From positions 199,330,001 through 199,394,000 of the forward strand of contig OZ024742.1 in the NCBI GenBank assembly GCA_964016885.1: a stretch of DNA of 64,000 nt, written 5' to 3'. Numbering within the stretch: position 1 is the first letter of the stretch; the number at the start of each line of letters is the position of its first letter. Below are positions 37,311 through 51,272 of this stretch, piece by piece. This DNA is from Eledone cirrhosa. Its lineage: Eukaryota. The notes beneath the pieces were generated by a model. The model saw nothing but the letters and a program-made list of their open reading frames with translations. It was not told where the DNA came from and made no database searches. The translations under genes and the position numbers were made by a program.

Positions 37311-38503
37311 AGGCGAATGAATTATTGTGGGAGTTTTCGCTATATCTCATTCAAACGCCAACTCTCTTAAACAGCTACTGACACACACACCACACTGTCG
37401 TCCAGTCAGTCTTACTTGCTGCATTGCCAAATGGCCGGAATCTCCTGTGTTATAGAAACACTCTGGAAATTCTGCAATTCTCACAGCCAAATACGTCTCT
37501 TGCAAATTGGATTTAACTCCAGCTGCCATGATCAACTCATCGAGTTTCTTGAAGGCATCACCCGGATCACTGATGGCGGCTCATGAGTGGATGGTGTTTT
37601 CCTTGAATTTGCTAAAGCTTTTAATACTGTTCCACACAAAACACTTATGGTAAAACTCTCTGCAAAGGGGGTGAAGTGATGATCTTTTGAACTGGTTGAA
37701 GTTCTTCATTCTCAGTTAAAAAGAGGTAGTCGCGGTGCTAGGACAGCATGCTTCGCCCTATGAAATGTCATCTGGTGTACAGCAGAGATCTGTTGTTGGT
37801 TCCCTTTGGTATGTTGTATATATTAATAACATGGATGTCAACTTCAAGAATTCTACGATGATGTAATACGCAGATGACATCAAGCTGTATCTTGAGATAT
37901 CAGACCTGGACACAATGCAGCAATGGATCACGGACAGGCAACTCAAGCTGGCTGTGGACAAGTGTACCACCATGCATTTTGGGAGGAAAACCCAACGTTC
38001 GCATACTCCCACCACAACACTAATATCAAGAAGTGTTCTTGTGAACGTGACCTGGGCATGACTGTCGGCAGCGGTTTGCGTTGGACAAAGCACACCTCTA
38101 AAATTGTCAAGAAGGCCGAGGGTGTCTTGGCTGGCGTCACTCAGTAAGACCTTTGTCAGTCTCTCTCCAGCTATTTATTTAAAGCTGTATATAGCTATGA
38201 TGCGGCCACACTTAGAATTTGCAACACCAGTCAGAAAGACCTATCCTGCTCAGAACATTGACCTCCTGGAAACTGTTCTAAGACGTGCAATGAAGCGAAT
38301 ACCCTCCATCAGGCATCTACCATACTCCGAACTCTTGGTTCCCTGGGCATGTCAACTGACTTGATAAACACCCACAAAATTATTAACCATCTTTCCAACA
38401 TCAACCTGGAGCACCTTTTTGAATTCCATGTGTCTAACACACGTGGTAGCCCCTCCCCACAAAAAATTATTTTGGACTAATGAAAATTATTGCGTAAAGT
38501 ATG

Positions 38504-38597
38504 TGCTCTGGGTGAGGATTGAAATCACGACCTTCAGATTTCTCTGATTTCAGATTGAATTATGAGACTGACGTACTGCCTACTGCAATACCAATGC
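38504..38597 (-). pseudogene. tRNA-Met-like, intron, copy 3
   Basis: Repeat copy. Confidence 0.75.
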
Positions 38598-38620
38598 AAC
38601 TGAAATAAAATAAGATAGAA

Positions 38621-38692
38621 AGGGGACACCCGGAATTGAACCAGGGACCTCTCGATCTGCAGTCGAATGCTCTACCACTGAGCTATAACCCC
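38621..38692 (-). tRNA. tRNA-Cys(GCA) copy 3 (2 substitutions)
   Basis: Acceptor-stem and T-loop changes. Confidence 0.8.
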
Positions 38693-39884
38693 TGGTGAAT
38701 GAACTATTGTGGAAGTTGTCGCTATATCTCATTCAAACGCCAACTCTCTTAAACAGCTACTGACACACACACACACCACACTGTGGTCCAGTCAGTCTGA
38801 CTTGCTGCATTGCCAAACTGACGGAATCCTGTGTTATAGAAACACTCTGCAACTTCTGCAATTCTCACGGCCATATCCGTCTCTTGCAATTTGGATTTAA
38901 CTCCAGCTGCTGTGATCAACTCATCGAGTTTCTTGAAGGCATCACCCGGATCACTGATGGCGGCTCATGAGTGGATGGTGTTTTCCTTGACTTTACTAAA
39001 GCTTTTAATTCTGTTCCACACAAAACACTTATGGTAAAACTCTCTGCAAAGGGGGTGAAGAGATGATCTTTTTAACTGGTTGAAGTTCTTCATTCTCAGT
39101 TAAAAAGAGGTAGTCGCGGTGCTAGGACAGCATGCTTCGCCCTATTAGATGTCATCTGGTGTACAGCAGAGATCTGTTGTTGGTCCCCTTTGGTTTGTTG
39201 TATATATTAATGACATAGATGTCAACTTCAAGAATGCTACAATGATGAAATACGCAGATGACATCAAGCTGTATCTTGAGATATCAGACCTGGACACAAT
39301 GCAGCAATGGATCACGGACTTGCAACTCAAGCTGGCTGTGGACAAGTGTACCACCATGCATTTTGGGAGGAAAACCCAACGTTCGCATACTCCCTCCACA
39401 ACACTAATATCAAGAAGTGTTCTTGTGAACGTGACCTGGGCATGACTGTCGGCAGCGGTTTGCGTTGGACAAAGCCCACCTCTAAAATTGTCAAGAAGGC
39501 CGAAAGTGTCTTAGCGTCACTCAGTAAGACCCTTGTCAGTCTCTCTCCAGCTATTTATTAAAAGCTGTATATAGCTATGATGCGGCCACACTTAGAATTT
39601 GCCGCACCAGTCTGGAACCCCTATCCTGCTCAGAACATTGACCTCCTGGAAACTGTTCTAAGACGTACAATCAAGCGAATACCCTCCATCAGGCATCTAC
39701 CATACTCTGAACGCTTTGTTCCCTGGGCATGTCAACTGACTTGATAAACACCCACAAAATTATTAACCATCTTTCCAACATCAACCTGGAGCACCTTTTT
39801 GAATTCCATGTGTCTAACACACGTGGTAGCCCCTCCCCCACAAAAAATTATTTTGGACTAATGAAAATTATTGCGTAAAGTATG

Positions 39885-39978
39885 TGCTCTGGGTGAGGAT
39901 TGAAATCACGACCTTCAGATTTCTCTGATTTCAGATTGCATTATGAGACTGACGTACTACCTACTGCAATACCAATGC
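39885..39978 (-). pseudogene. tRNA-Met-like, intron, copy 4
   Basis: Repeat copy. Confidence 0.75.
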
Positions 39979-40001
39979 AACTGAAATAAAATAAAATAGA
40001 A

Positions 40002-40073
40002 AGGGGACACCCGGGATTGAACCAGGGACCTCTCGATCTGCAGTCGAATGCTCTACCACTGAGCTATATCCCC
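40002..40073 (-). tRNA. tRNA-Cys(GCA) copy 4
   Basis: Consensus. Confidence 0.95.
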
Positions 40074-41301
40074 AGGTGAATGAAGTGTTGTGGGAGTTTT
40101 CGCTATATCTCATTCAAACGCCAACTCTCTTAAACAGCTACTGACACACACACACCACACTGTTGTCCAGTCAGTCTTACTTGCTGCATTGCCAATCTGA
40201 CGGAATCCTGTGTTATAGAAACACTCTGCAACTTCTGCAATTCTCACAGCCATATACGTCTCTTGCAATTTGGATTTAAGTCCAGCTGCTGTGATCAACT
40301 CATCGAGTTTCTTGAAGGCATCACCCGGATCACTGATGGCGGCTCATGAGTGGATGGTGTTTTCCTTGACTTTACTAAAGCTTTTAATTCTGTTCCACAC
40401 TAAACACTTATGGTAAAACTCTCTGCAAAGGGGGTGAAGAGATGATCTTTTTAACTGGTTGAAGTTCTTCATTCTCAGTTAAAAAGAGGTAGTCGCGCTG
40501 CTAGGACAGCATACTTCGCCCTATGAGATGTCATCTGGTGTACAGCAGAGATCTGTTGTTGGTCCCCTTTGGTTTGTTGTATATATTAATGACATAGATG
40601 TCAACTTCAAGAATGCTACAATGATGAAATACGCAGATGACATCAAGCTGTATCTTGAGATAAAAAGGGCAGATTCTGAACACTATAGATCTTTCCTGTA
40701 ACCAGACCTGGACACAATGCAGCAATGGATCACGGACTGGCAACTCAAGCTGGCTTTGGACACGTGTACCACCATGCATTTTGGGAGGAAAACCCAAAGT
40801 TCGCATACTCCCTCCACAACACTAATATCAAGAAATGTTCTTGTGAACGTGACCTGGGCATTATGTCGGCAGCGGTTTGCGTTGGACAAAGCACACCTTT
40901 AAAATTGTCAGGAAGGCCGAGAGCGTCTTGGCGTCACTCAGTAAGACCTTTGTCAGTCGCTCTCCAGCTATTTATTTAAAGCTGTATATAGCTATGATGC
41001 GGCCACACTTAGAATTTGCAACTCCAGTCTGGAACCCCTATCCTGCTCAGAACATTGACCTCCTGGAAACTGTTCTAAGACGTGCAATCAAGCGAATACC
41101 TTCCATCAGGCATCTACCATACTCTGAAGGCTTGGTTCCCTGGGCATGTCAACTGTCTTGATAAACACCCACAAAATTATTAACCATCTTTCCAACATCA
41201 ACCTGGAGCACCTTTTTGAATTCCATGTGTCTAACACACGTGGTAGCCAAAAAAAAAAAAAAAATTATTTTGGATTAATGAAAATTATTGTGTAAAGTAC
41301 G

Positions 41302-41395
41302 TGCTCTAGGTGAGGATTGAAATCACGACCTTCAGATTTCTCTGATTTCAGATTGTATTATGAGACTGACGTACTGCCTACTGCAATACCAATGC
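41302..41395 (-). pseudogene. tRNA-Met-like, intron, copy 5
   Basis: Repeat copy. Confidence 0.75.
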
Positions 41396-41418
41396 AACTG
41401 AAATAAAATAAGATAGAA

Positions 41419-41490
41419 AGGGGACACCCGGTATTGAACCAGGAACATCTCGATCTGCAGTCGAATGCTCTACCACTGAGCTATATCCCC
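41419..41490 (-). tRNA. tRNA-Cys(GCA) copy 5 (3 substitutions)
   Basis: ggtattgaaccaggaacatctc variant. Confidence 0.75.
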
Positions 41491-42678
41491 TGGTGAATGA
41501 ACTATTGTGGAAGTTGTCGCTATATCTCATTCAAACGCCAACTCTCTTAAACAGCTACTGACACACACACACCACACTGTGGTCCAGTCAGTCTTACTTG
41601 CTGCATTGCCAAACTGACGGAATTCTGTGTTATAGAAACACTCTGGAAATTCTGCAATTCTCACAGCCGTATCCGTCTCTTGCAATTTGGATTTAACTCC
41701 AGCTGCTGTGATCAACTCATCGAGTTTCTTGAAGGCATCACCCGGATCACTGATGGCGGCTCATGAGTGGATGGTGTTTTCCTTGAATTTGCTAAAGCTT
41801 TTAATTCTGTTCCACACAAAACACTTATGGTAAAACTCTCTGCAAAGGGGTGAAGAGATGATCTTTATAACTGGTTGAAGTTCTTCTTTCTCAGTTAAAA
41901 AGAGGTAGTCGCGGTGCTAGGACAGCATGCTTCGCCCTATGAGATGTCATCTGGTGTACAGCAGAGATATGTTGTTGGTCCCCTTTGGTTTGTTGTATAT
42001 ATTAATGACATCGATGTCAACTTCAAGAATGCTACAATGATGTAATACGCAGATGACATCAAGCTGTATCTTGAGATATCAGACCTGGACACAATGCAGC
42101 AATGGATCACGGACTTGCAACTCAAGCTGGCTGTGGACAAGTGTACCACCATGCATTTTGGGAGGAAAACCTAACGTTCGCATACTCCCTCCACAACACT
42201 AATATCAAGAAGTGTTCTTGTGAACGTGACCTGGGCATGACTGTCGGCAGCGGTTTGCGTTGGACAAAGCCCACCTCTAAAATTGTCAAGAAGGCCGAAA
42301 GTGTCTTAGCGTCACTCAGTAAGACCCTTGTCAGTCTCTCTCCAGCTATTTATTAAAAGCTGTATATAGCTATGATGCGGCCACACTTAGAATTTGCCGC
42401 ACCAGTCTGGAACCCCTATCCTGCTCAGAACATTGACCTCCTGGAAACTGTTCTAAGACGTACAATCAAGCGAATACCCTCCATCAGGCATCTACCATAC
42501 TCTGAACGCTTTGTTCCCTGGGCATGTCAACTGACTTGATAAACACCCACAAAATTATTAACCATCTTTCCAACATCAACCTGGAGCACCTTTTTGAATT
42601 CCATGTGTCTAACACACGTGGGAGCCAAAAAAAAAAGTAGATTATTTTGGACTAATGAAAATTATTGCGTAAAGTATG

Positions 42679-42772
42679 TGCTCTAGGTGAGGATTGAAAT
42701 CGCGACCTTCAGATTTCTCTGATTTCAGATTGAATTATGAGACTGACGTACTGCCTACTGCAATACCAATGC
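42679..42772 (-). pseudogene. tRNA-Met-like, intron, copy 6
   Basis: Repeat copy. Confidence 0.75.
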
Positions 42773-42795
42773 AACTGAAATAAAATAAAATAGAA

Positions 42796-42867
42796 AGGGG
42801 ACACCCGGGATTGAACCAGGGACCTCTCGATCTGCAGTCGAATGCTCTACCACTGAGCTATATCCCC
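42796..42867 (-). tRNA. tRNA-Cys(GCA) copy 6
   Basis: Consensus. Confidence 0.95.
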
Positions 42868-44075
42868 AGGCGAATGAATTATTGTGGAAGTTTTCACTAT
42901 ATCTCATTCAAACGCCAACTCTCTTAAACAGCTACTGACACACACACACCACACTGTGGTCTAGTCAGTCTTACTTGCTGCATTGCCAATCTGACGGAAT
43001 CCTGTGTTATAGAAACACTCTGCAACTTCTGCAATTCTCACAGCCATATACGTCTCTTGCAAATATGATTTAACTCCTGCTGCTGTGATCAACTCATCGA
43101 GTTTCTTGAAGGCATCACCCGGATCACTGATGGCGGCTCATGAGTGGATGTTTTTTTCCTTGACCTTGCCAAAGCTTTTAATTCTGTTCCACACAAAAAT
43201 AATTATGGTAAAACTCTCTGAAAAAATGGGTGAAGAGATGATCTTTTTAACTGGTTGAAGTTCTTCTTTCTCAGTTAAAAAGAGGCAGTCGCGGTGCTAG
43301 GACAGCATGCTTCACCCTATGAGATGTCATCTGGTGTACAGCAGAGATCTGTTGTTGGTCCACTTTGGTTTGTTGTATATATTAATGACATCGATGTCAA
43401 CTTCCTGAATGCTACAATGATGAAATACGCAGATGACATCAAGCTGTATCTTGAGATAAAAAGGGCAGAACCTGAACAGTATAGATGTTTCCTGTAATCA
43501 GACCTGGACACAATGCAGCAATGGATCACGGACTGACAACTCAAGCTGGCTGTGGACAAGTGTACCACCATGCATTTTGGGAGGAAAACCCAACGTTCGC
43601 ATACTCCCTCCACAACACTAATATCAAGAAGTGTTCTTGTGAATGTGACCTGGGCATTACTGTCGGCAGCGGTTGGCGTTAGACAAAGCACTCCTCTAAA
43701 ACTGTCAAGAAGGCCGAGAGTGTGTTGGCGTCACTCAGTAAGACCTTTGTCAGTCGCTCTCCAGCTATTTATTTAAAGCTGTATATAGCTATGATGCGGC
43801 CACACTTAGAATTTGCAACACCAGTCTGGAACCCCTTTCCTGCTCAGAACATTGACCTCCTGGAAACTGTTCTAAGACGTGCAATCAAGTGAATACCCTC
43901 CATCAGGCATCTACCATACTCTGAACGCTTGGTTCCCTGGGCATGTCAACTGACTTGATAAACACCCACAAAATTATTAACCATCTTTCCAACATCAACC
44001 TGGAGCACCTTTTTGAGGTAGCCAAAAAAAAAAAAAGATTATTTTGGACTAATGAAAATTATTGCGTAAAGTATG

Positions 44076-44169
44076 TGCTCTAGGTGAGGATTGAAATCAC
44101 GACCTTCAGATTTCTCTGATTTCAGATTGTATTATGAGACTGACGTACTGCCTACTGCAATACCAATGC
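44076..44169 (-). pseudogene. tRNA-Met-like, intron, copy 7
   Basis: Repeat copy. Confidence 0.75.
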
Positions 44170-44192
44170 AACTGAAATAAAATAAAATAGAA

Positions 44193-44264
44193 AGGGGACA
44201 CCCGGGATTGAACCAGGGACCTCTCGATCTGCAGTCGAATGCTCTACCACTGAGCTATATCCCC
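44193..44264 (-). tRNA. tRNA-Cys(GCA) copy 7
   Basis: Consensus. Confidence 0.95.
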
Positions 44265-45488
44265 AGGTGAATGAAGTGCTGTGGGAGTTTTCGCTATATC
44301 TCATTCAAACGCCAACTCTCTTAAACAGCTACTGACACACACACACCACACTGTCGTCCAGTCAGTCTGATTTGCTGCATTGCCAAACTGACGGAATCCT
44401 GTGTTATAGAAACACTCTGCAACTTCTGCAATTCTCACAGCCATATACGTCTCTTGCAATTTGGATTTAAGTCCAGCTGCTGTGATCAACTCATCGAGTT
44501 TCTTGAAGGCATCACCCGGATCACTGATGGCGGCTCATGAGTGGATGGTGTTTTCCTTGACTTTACTAAAGCTTTTAATTCTGTTCCACACAAAACACTT
44601 ATGGTAAAACTCTCTGCAAAGGGGTGAAGAGATGATCTTTTTAACTGGTTGAAGTTCTTCATTCTCAGTTAAAACAAGGTAGTCGCGGTGCTAGGACAGC
44701 ATGCTTCGCCCAATGAGATGTCATCTGGTGTACAGCAGAGATCTGTTGTTGGTTCCCTTTGGTTTGTTGTATATATTAATGACATCGATGTCAACTTCAA
44801 GAATGCTACAATGATGTAATACGCAGATGACATCAAGCTGTATCTTGAGATAAAAAGGGTAGAACCTGAACACAATAGATGTTTCCTGTAATCAGACCTG
44901 GACAGAATGCAGCAATGGATCTCGGACTGGCAACTCAAGCTGGCTGTGGACAAGTGTACCACCATGCATTTTGGGAGGAAAACCCAAAGTTCGCATACTC
45001 CCTCCACAACACTAATATCAAGAAATGTTCTTGTGAACGTGACCTGGGCATTATGTCGGCAGCGGTTTGCGTTGGACAAAGCACACCTTTAAAATTGTCA
45101 AGAAGGCCGAGAGCGTCTTGGCGTCACTCAGTAAGACCTTTGTCAGTCGCTCTCCAGCTATTTATTTAAAGCTGTATATAGCTATGATGCGGCCACACTT
45201 AGAATTTGCAACTCCAGTCTGGAACCCCTATCCTGCTCAGAACATTGAGCTCCTGGAAACTGTTCTAAGACGTGCAATCAAGCGAATACCTTTCACCAGG
45301 CATCTACCATACTCTGAACGCTTGGTTCCCTGGGCTTGTAAACTGTCTTGATAAACACCCACAAAATTATTAACCAACTTTCCAACATCAACCTGGAGCA
45401 CCTTTTTGAATTCCATGTGTCTAACACACGTGGTAGCCAAAAAGAAAAAAATTATTTTGGATTAATGAAAATTATTGCGTAAAGTATG

Positions 45489-45582
45489 TGCTCTAGGTGA
45501 GGATTGAAATCGCGACCTTCAGATTTCTCTGATTTCAGATTGTATTATGAGACTGACGTACTGCCTACTGCAATACCAATGC
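45489..45582 (-). pseudogene. tRNA-Met-like, intron, copy 8
   Basis: Repeat copy; spacer to Cys is 5 nt shorter. Confidence 0.75.
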
Positions 45583-45600
45583 AACTGAAATAAAATAGAA

Positions 45601-45672
45601 AGGGGACACCCGGGATTGAACCAGGGACCTTTCGATCTGCAGTCGAATGCTCTACCACTGAGCTATATCCCC
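45601..45672 (-). tRNA. tRNA-Cys(GCA) copy 8
   Basis: One stem-compatible substitution. Confidence 0.92.
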
Positions 45673-46901
45673 AGGTGTATGAAGTGTTGTGGAATTTTCG
45701 CTATATCTCATTCAAACGCCAATTCTCTTAAACAGCTAATGACACACACCACACTGTCGTCCAGTCAGTCTTACTTGCTGCATTGCCAAACTGACGGAAT
45801 CCTGTGTTATAGAAACACTCTGCAACTTCTGCACTTCTCACAGCCATATACGTCTCTTTCAATTTGGATTTAAGTCCAGCTGCTGTGATCAACTCATCGA
45901 GTTTCTTGAAGGCATCACCCGGATCACTGATGGCGGCTCATGAGTGGATGGTGTTTTCCTTGACTTTACTAAAGCTTTTAATTCTGTTCCACACAAAACA
46001 CTTATGGTAAAACTCTCTGCAAAGGGGTGAAGAGATGATCTTTTTAACTGGTTGAAGTTCTTCATTCTCAGTTAAAACAAGGTAGTCGCGGTGCTAGGAC
46101 AGCATGCTTCGCCCAATGAGATGTCATCTGGTGTACAGCAGAGATCTGTTGTTGGTTCCCTTTGGTTTGTTGTATATATTAATGACATCGATGTCAACTT
46201 CAAGAATGCTACAATGATGTAATACGCAGATGACATCAAGCTGTATCTTGAGATAAAAAGGGTAGAACCTGAACACAATAGATGTTTCCTGTAATCAGAC
46301 CTGGACAGAATGCAGCAATGGATCACGGACTGGCAACTCAAGCTGGCTGTGGACAAGTGTAACACCATGCATTTTGGGAGGAAAACCCAAAGTTCGCATA
46401 CTCCCTCCACAACACAAACATCATGAAGTGTTCTTGTGAACGTGACCTGGGCATTACTGTCGGCAGCGGTTTGCGTTAGACAAAGCACACCTCTAAAATT
46501 GTCAAGAAGGCCGAGAGTGTCTTGGCGTCACTCAGTAAGACCTTTGTCAGTCGCTCTCCAGCTATTTATTTAAAGCTGTATATAGCTATGATGCGGCCAC
46601 ACTTAGAATTTGCAAAACCAGTCTGGAACCCCTATCTTGCTCAGAACATTGACCTCCTGGAAACTGTTCTAAGAAGTGCAATCAAGCGAATACCCTCCAT
46701 CAGGCACCTACCATACTCTGAACGCTTGGTTCACTGGGCATGTCAACTGACTTGATAAACACCAACAAAATTATTAACCATCTTTCCAACATCAACCTGG
46801 AGCATCTTTTTGAATTCCATGTGTCCAACACACGTGGTAGCGCCCTCCCCCCCCACGAAAAAAACTATTTTGGACTAATGAAAAATATTGCGTAAAGTAT
46901 G

Positions 46902-46995
46902 TGCTCTAGATGAGGATTGAAATCACGACCTTTAGATTTCTCTGATTTCAGATTGAATTATGAGACTGACGTACTGCCTACTGCAACACCAATGC
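46902..46995 (-). pseudogene. tRNA-Met-like, intron, copy 9 (more decayed)
   Basis: Additional substitutions. Confidence 0.7.
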
Positions 46996-47018
46996 AACTG
47001 AAATAAAATAAGATAGAA

Positions 47019-47090
47019 AGAGGAGAACCGCAATTGAACCACGGACTTCTCGATCTGCAGTCGAATGCTCTACCACTGAGCTATATCCCC
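47019..47090 (-). pseudogene. tRNA-Cys pseudogene copy 9
   Basis: 3' half agaggagaaccgcaattgaaccacggactt breaks the acceptor and T stems. Confidence 0.8.
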
Positions 47091-48274
47091 AGGTGAACGA
47101 ATTTTTGTGGAAGTTTTCGCTATATCTCATTCAAACGCCAATTCTCTTAAACAGCTAATGACACACACCACACTGTCGTCCAGTCAGTCTTACTTGCTGC
47201 ATTGCCAAACTGACGGAATCCTGTGTTGTAGAAACACTCTGCAACTTCTGCAATTCTCACGGTCATATCCGTCTCTTGCAATTTGGATTTAGCTCCAGCT
47301 GCCGTGATCAACTCATCGAGTTTCTTGAAGGCATCACCCGGATCACTGATGGCGGCTCATGAGTGGATGGTGTTTTCCTTGACTTTGCTAAAGCTTTTAG
47401 TCTGTTCCACACAAAACACTTATGGTAAAACTCTCTGCAAAGAGGGTGAAAAGATTATCTTTTTAACTGGTTGAAGTTCTTCATTCTCAGTTAAAAAGAG
47501 GTAGTCGCGGTGCTAGGACAGCATGCTTCTCCCTATGAAATGTCATCTGGTGTACAGCAGAGATCTGTTGTTCGTCTCCTTTGGTATGTTGTATATATTA
47601 ATAACATCGATGTCAACTTCAAGAATGCTACAATGATGAAATACGCAGATGACATCAAGCTGTATCTTGAGATATCAGACCTGGACACAATGCAGCAATG
47701 GATCACGGACTTGCAACTCAAGCTGGCTGTGGACAAGTGTACCACCATGCATTTTGGGAGGAAAACCCAACGTTCGCATACTCCCTCCACAACACTAATA
47801 TCAAGAAGTGTTCTTGTGAACGTGACCTGGGCATGACTGTCGGCAGCGGTTGGCGTTAGACAAAGCACTCCTCTAAAACTGTCAAGAAGGCCGAGAGTGT
47901 GTTGGCGTCACTCAGTAAGACCTTTGTCAGTCGCTCTCCAGCTATTTATTTAAAGCTGTATATAGCTATCATGCGGCCACACTTAGAATTTGCAACACCA
48001 GTCAGGAACCCCTATCCTGCTCAGAACATTGACCTGCTGGAAACTGTTCTAAGACGTGCAATCAAGCGAACACCCTCCATCAGGCATTTACCATACTCTG
48101 AACGCTTTGTTCCCTGGGCATGTCAACTGACTTGATAAACACCCACAAAATTATTAACCATCTTTCCAACATCAACCTGGAGCACCTTTTTGAATTCCAT
48201 GTGTCTAACACACGTGGTAGCCAAAAAAAAAAAAAAATTATTTTGGATTAATTAAAATTATTGCGTAAAGTATT

Positions 48275-48368
48275 TGCTCTAGGTGAGGATTGAAATCGCG
48301 ACCTTCAGATTTCTCTGATTTCAGATTGCATTATGAGACTGACGTACTACCTACTGCAATACCAATGC
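48275..48368 (-). pseudogene. tRNA-Met-like, intron, copy 10
   Basis: Repeat copy. Confidence 0.75.
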
Positions 48369-48391
48369 AACTGAAATAAAATAAAATAGAA

Positions 48392-48463
48392 AGGGGACAC
48401 CCGGGATTGAACCAGGGACTTCTCGATCTGCAGTCGAATGCTCTACCACTGAGCTATATCCCC
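48392..48463 (-). tRNA. tRNA-Cys(GCA) copy 10
   Basis: One variable-loop substitution. Confidence 0.9.
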
Positions 48464-49667
48464 AGGCGAATGAATTATTGTGGAAGTTTTCACTATATCT
48501 CATTCAAACGCCAATTCTCTTAAACAGCTAATGACACACACCACACTGTAGTCTAGTCAGTCTTACTTGCTGCATTGCCAATCTGACGAAATCCTGTGTT
48601 ATAGAAACACTCTGCAACTTCTGCAATTCTCACAGCCATATACGTCTCTTGCAAATATGATTTAACTCCTGCTGCTGTGATCAACTCATCGAGTTTCTTG
48701 AAGGCATCACCCGGATCACTGATGGCGGCTCATGAGTGGATGTTTTTTTCCTTGACCTTGCTAAAGCTTTTAATTCTGTTCCACACAAAAATAATTATGG
48801 TAAAACTCTCTGAAAAAATGGGTGAAGAGATGATCTTTTTAACTGGTTGAAGTTCTTCTTTCTCAGTTAAAAAGAGGCAGTCGCGGTGCTAGGACAGCAT
48901 GCTTCACCCTATGAGATGTCATCTGGTGTACAGCAGAGATCTGTTGTTGGTACACTTTGGTTTGTTGTATATATTAATGACATCGATGTCAACTTCCTGA
49001 ATGCTACAATGATGAAATACGCAGATGACATCAAGCTGTATCTTGAGATAAAAAGGGCAGAACCTGAACACTATAGATCTTTCCTGTAATCAGACCTGGA
49101 CACAATGCAGCAATGGATCACGGACTGACAACTCAAGCTGGCTGTGGACAAGTGTACCACCATGCATTTTGGGAGGAAAACCCAACGTTCGCATACTCCC
49201 TTCACAACACTAATATCGAGAAGTGTTCTTGTGAACGTGACCTGGGCATTACTGTCGGCAGCGGTTGGCGTTAGACAAAGCACTCCTCTAAAACTGTCAA
49301 GAAGGCCGAGAGTGTGTTGGCGTCACTCAGTAAGACCTTTGTCAGTCTCTCTCCAGCTATTTATTTAAAGCTGTATATAGCTATGATGCGGCCGCACTTA
49401 GAATTTGCAACACCAGTCTGGAACCCCTATCCTGCTCAGTACATTGACCTCCTGGAAACTGTTCTAAGACGTGCAATCAAGCGAATACCTTTCACCAGGC
49501 ATCTACCATACTCTGAACGCTTGGTTCCCTGGGCATATCAACTGACTTGAAAAACACCCACAAATTTATTAACCATCTTTCCAACATCAACCTGGAGCAC
49601 CTTTTTGAGGTAGCCAAAAAAAAAAAAAGATTATTTTGGACTAATGAAAATTATTGCGTAAAGTATG

Positions 49668-49761
49668 TGCTCTAGGTGAGGATTGAAATCACGACCTTCA
49701 GATTTCTCTGATTTCAGATTGTATTTTGAGACTGACGTACTGCCTACTGCAATACCAATGC
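49668..49761 (-). pseudogene. tRNA-Met-body copy 11 with anticodon CAA
   Basis: gtattttgagactgac = CT-CAA-A loop. Confidence 0.75.
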
Positions 49762-49784
49762 AACTGAAATAAAATAAAATAGAA

Positions 49785-49856
49785 AGGGGACACCCGGGAT
49801 TGAACCAGGGACCTCTCGATCTGCAGTCGAATGCTCTACCACTGAGCTATATCCCC
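49785..49856 (-). tRNA. tRNA-Cys(GCA) copy 11
   Basis: Consensus. Confidence 0.95.
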
Positions 49857-51083
49857 AGGTGAATGAAGTGTTGTGGGAGTTTTCGCTATATCTCATTCAA
49901 ACGCCAACTCTCTTAAACAGCTACTGACACACACACACCACACTGTCGTCCAGTCAGTCTTACTTGCTGCATTGCCAAACTGACGGAATCCTGTGTTGTA
50001 GAAACACTCTGCAACTTCTGCAATTCTCACGGTCATATCCGTCTCTTGCAATTTGGATTTAGCTCCAGCTGCCGTGATCAACTCATCGAGTTTCTTGAAG
50101 GCATCACCCGGATCACTGATGGCGGCTCATGAGTGGATGGTGTTTTCCTTGACTTTGCTAAAGCTTTTAGTCTGTTCCACACAAAACACTTATGGTAAAA
50201 CTCTCTGCAAAGGGGTGAAAAGATTATCTTTTTAACTGGTTGAAGTTCTTCATTCTCAGTTAAAAAGAGGTAGTCGCGGTGCTCGGACAGCATGCTTCGC
50301 CCTTTGAGATGTCATCTGATGTACAGCAGAGATCTGTTGTTGGTCCCCTTTGGTTTGTTGTATATATTAATGTCATAGATTTCAACTTAAGAATGCTACA
50401 ATGATGAAATACGCAGATGACATCAAGCTGTATCTCGAGATAAAAAGGGCAGATTCTGAACACTATAGATCTTTCTTGTAACCAGACCTGGACACAATGC
50501 AGCAATGGATCACGGACTGGCAACTGAAGCTGGCTTTGGACAGGTGTACCACCATGCATTTTGGGAGGAAAACCCAAAGTTCGCATACTCCCTCCACAAC
50601 ACTAATATCAAGAAATGTTCTTGTGAACGTGACCTGGGCATTATGTCGGCAGCGGTTTGCGTTGGACAAAGCACACCTTTAAAATTGTCAAGAAGGCCGA
50701 GAGCGTCTTGGCGTCACTCAGTAAGACCTTTGTCAGTCGCTCTCCAGCTATTTATTTAAAGCTGTATATAGCTATGATGCGGCCACATTTAGAATTTGAA
50801 ACTCCAGTCTGGAACCCCTATCCTGCTCAGAACATTGAGCTCCTGGAAACTGTTCTAAGACGTGCAATCAAGCGAATACCTTTCACCAGGCATCTACCAT
50901 ACTCTGAACGCTTGGTTCCCTGGGCATGTAAACTCTTTTGATAAACACCCACAAAATTATTAACCATCTTTCCAACATCAACCTGGAGCACCTTTTTGAA
51001 TTCCATGTGTCTAACACACGTGGTAGCCAAAAAAAAAAAAAAAAAATTATTTTGGATTAATGAAAATTATTGCGTAAAGTATG

Positions 51084-51177
51084 TGCTCTAGGTGAGGATT
51101 GAAATCGCGACCTTCAGATTTCTCTGATTTCAGATTGCATTATGAGACTGACGTACTACCTACTGCAATACCAATGC
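51084..51177 (-). pseudogene. tRNA-Met-like, intron, copy 12
   Basis: Repeat copy. Confidence 0.75.
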
Positions 51178-51200
51178 AACTGAAATAAAATAAAATAGAA

Positions 51201-51272
51201 AGGGGACACCCGGGATTGAACCAGGGACCTCTCGATCTGCAGTCGAATGCTCTACCACTGAGCTATATCCCC
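51201..51272 (-). tRNA. tRNA-Cys(GCA) copy 12
   Basis: Consensus. Confidence 0.95.
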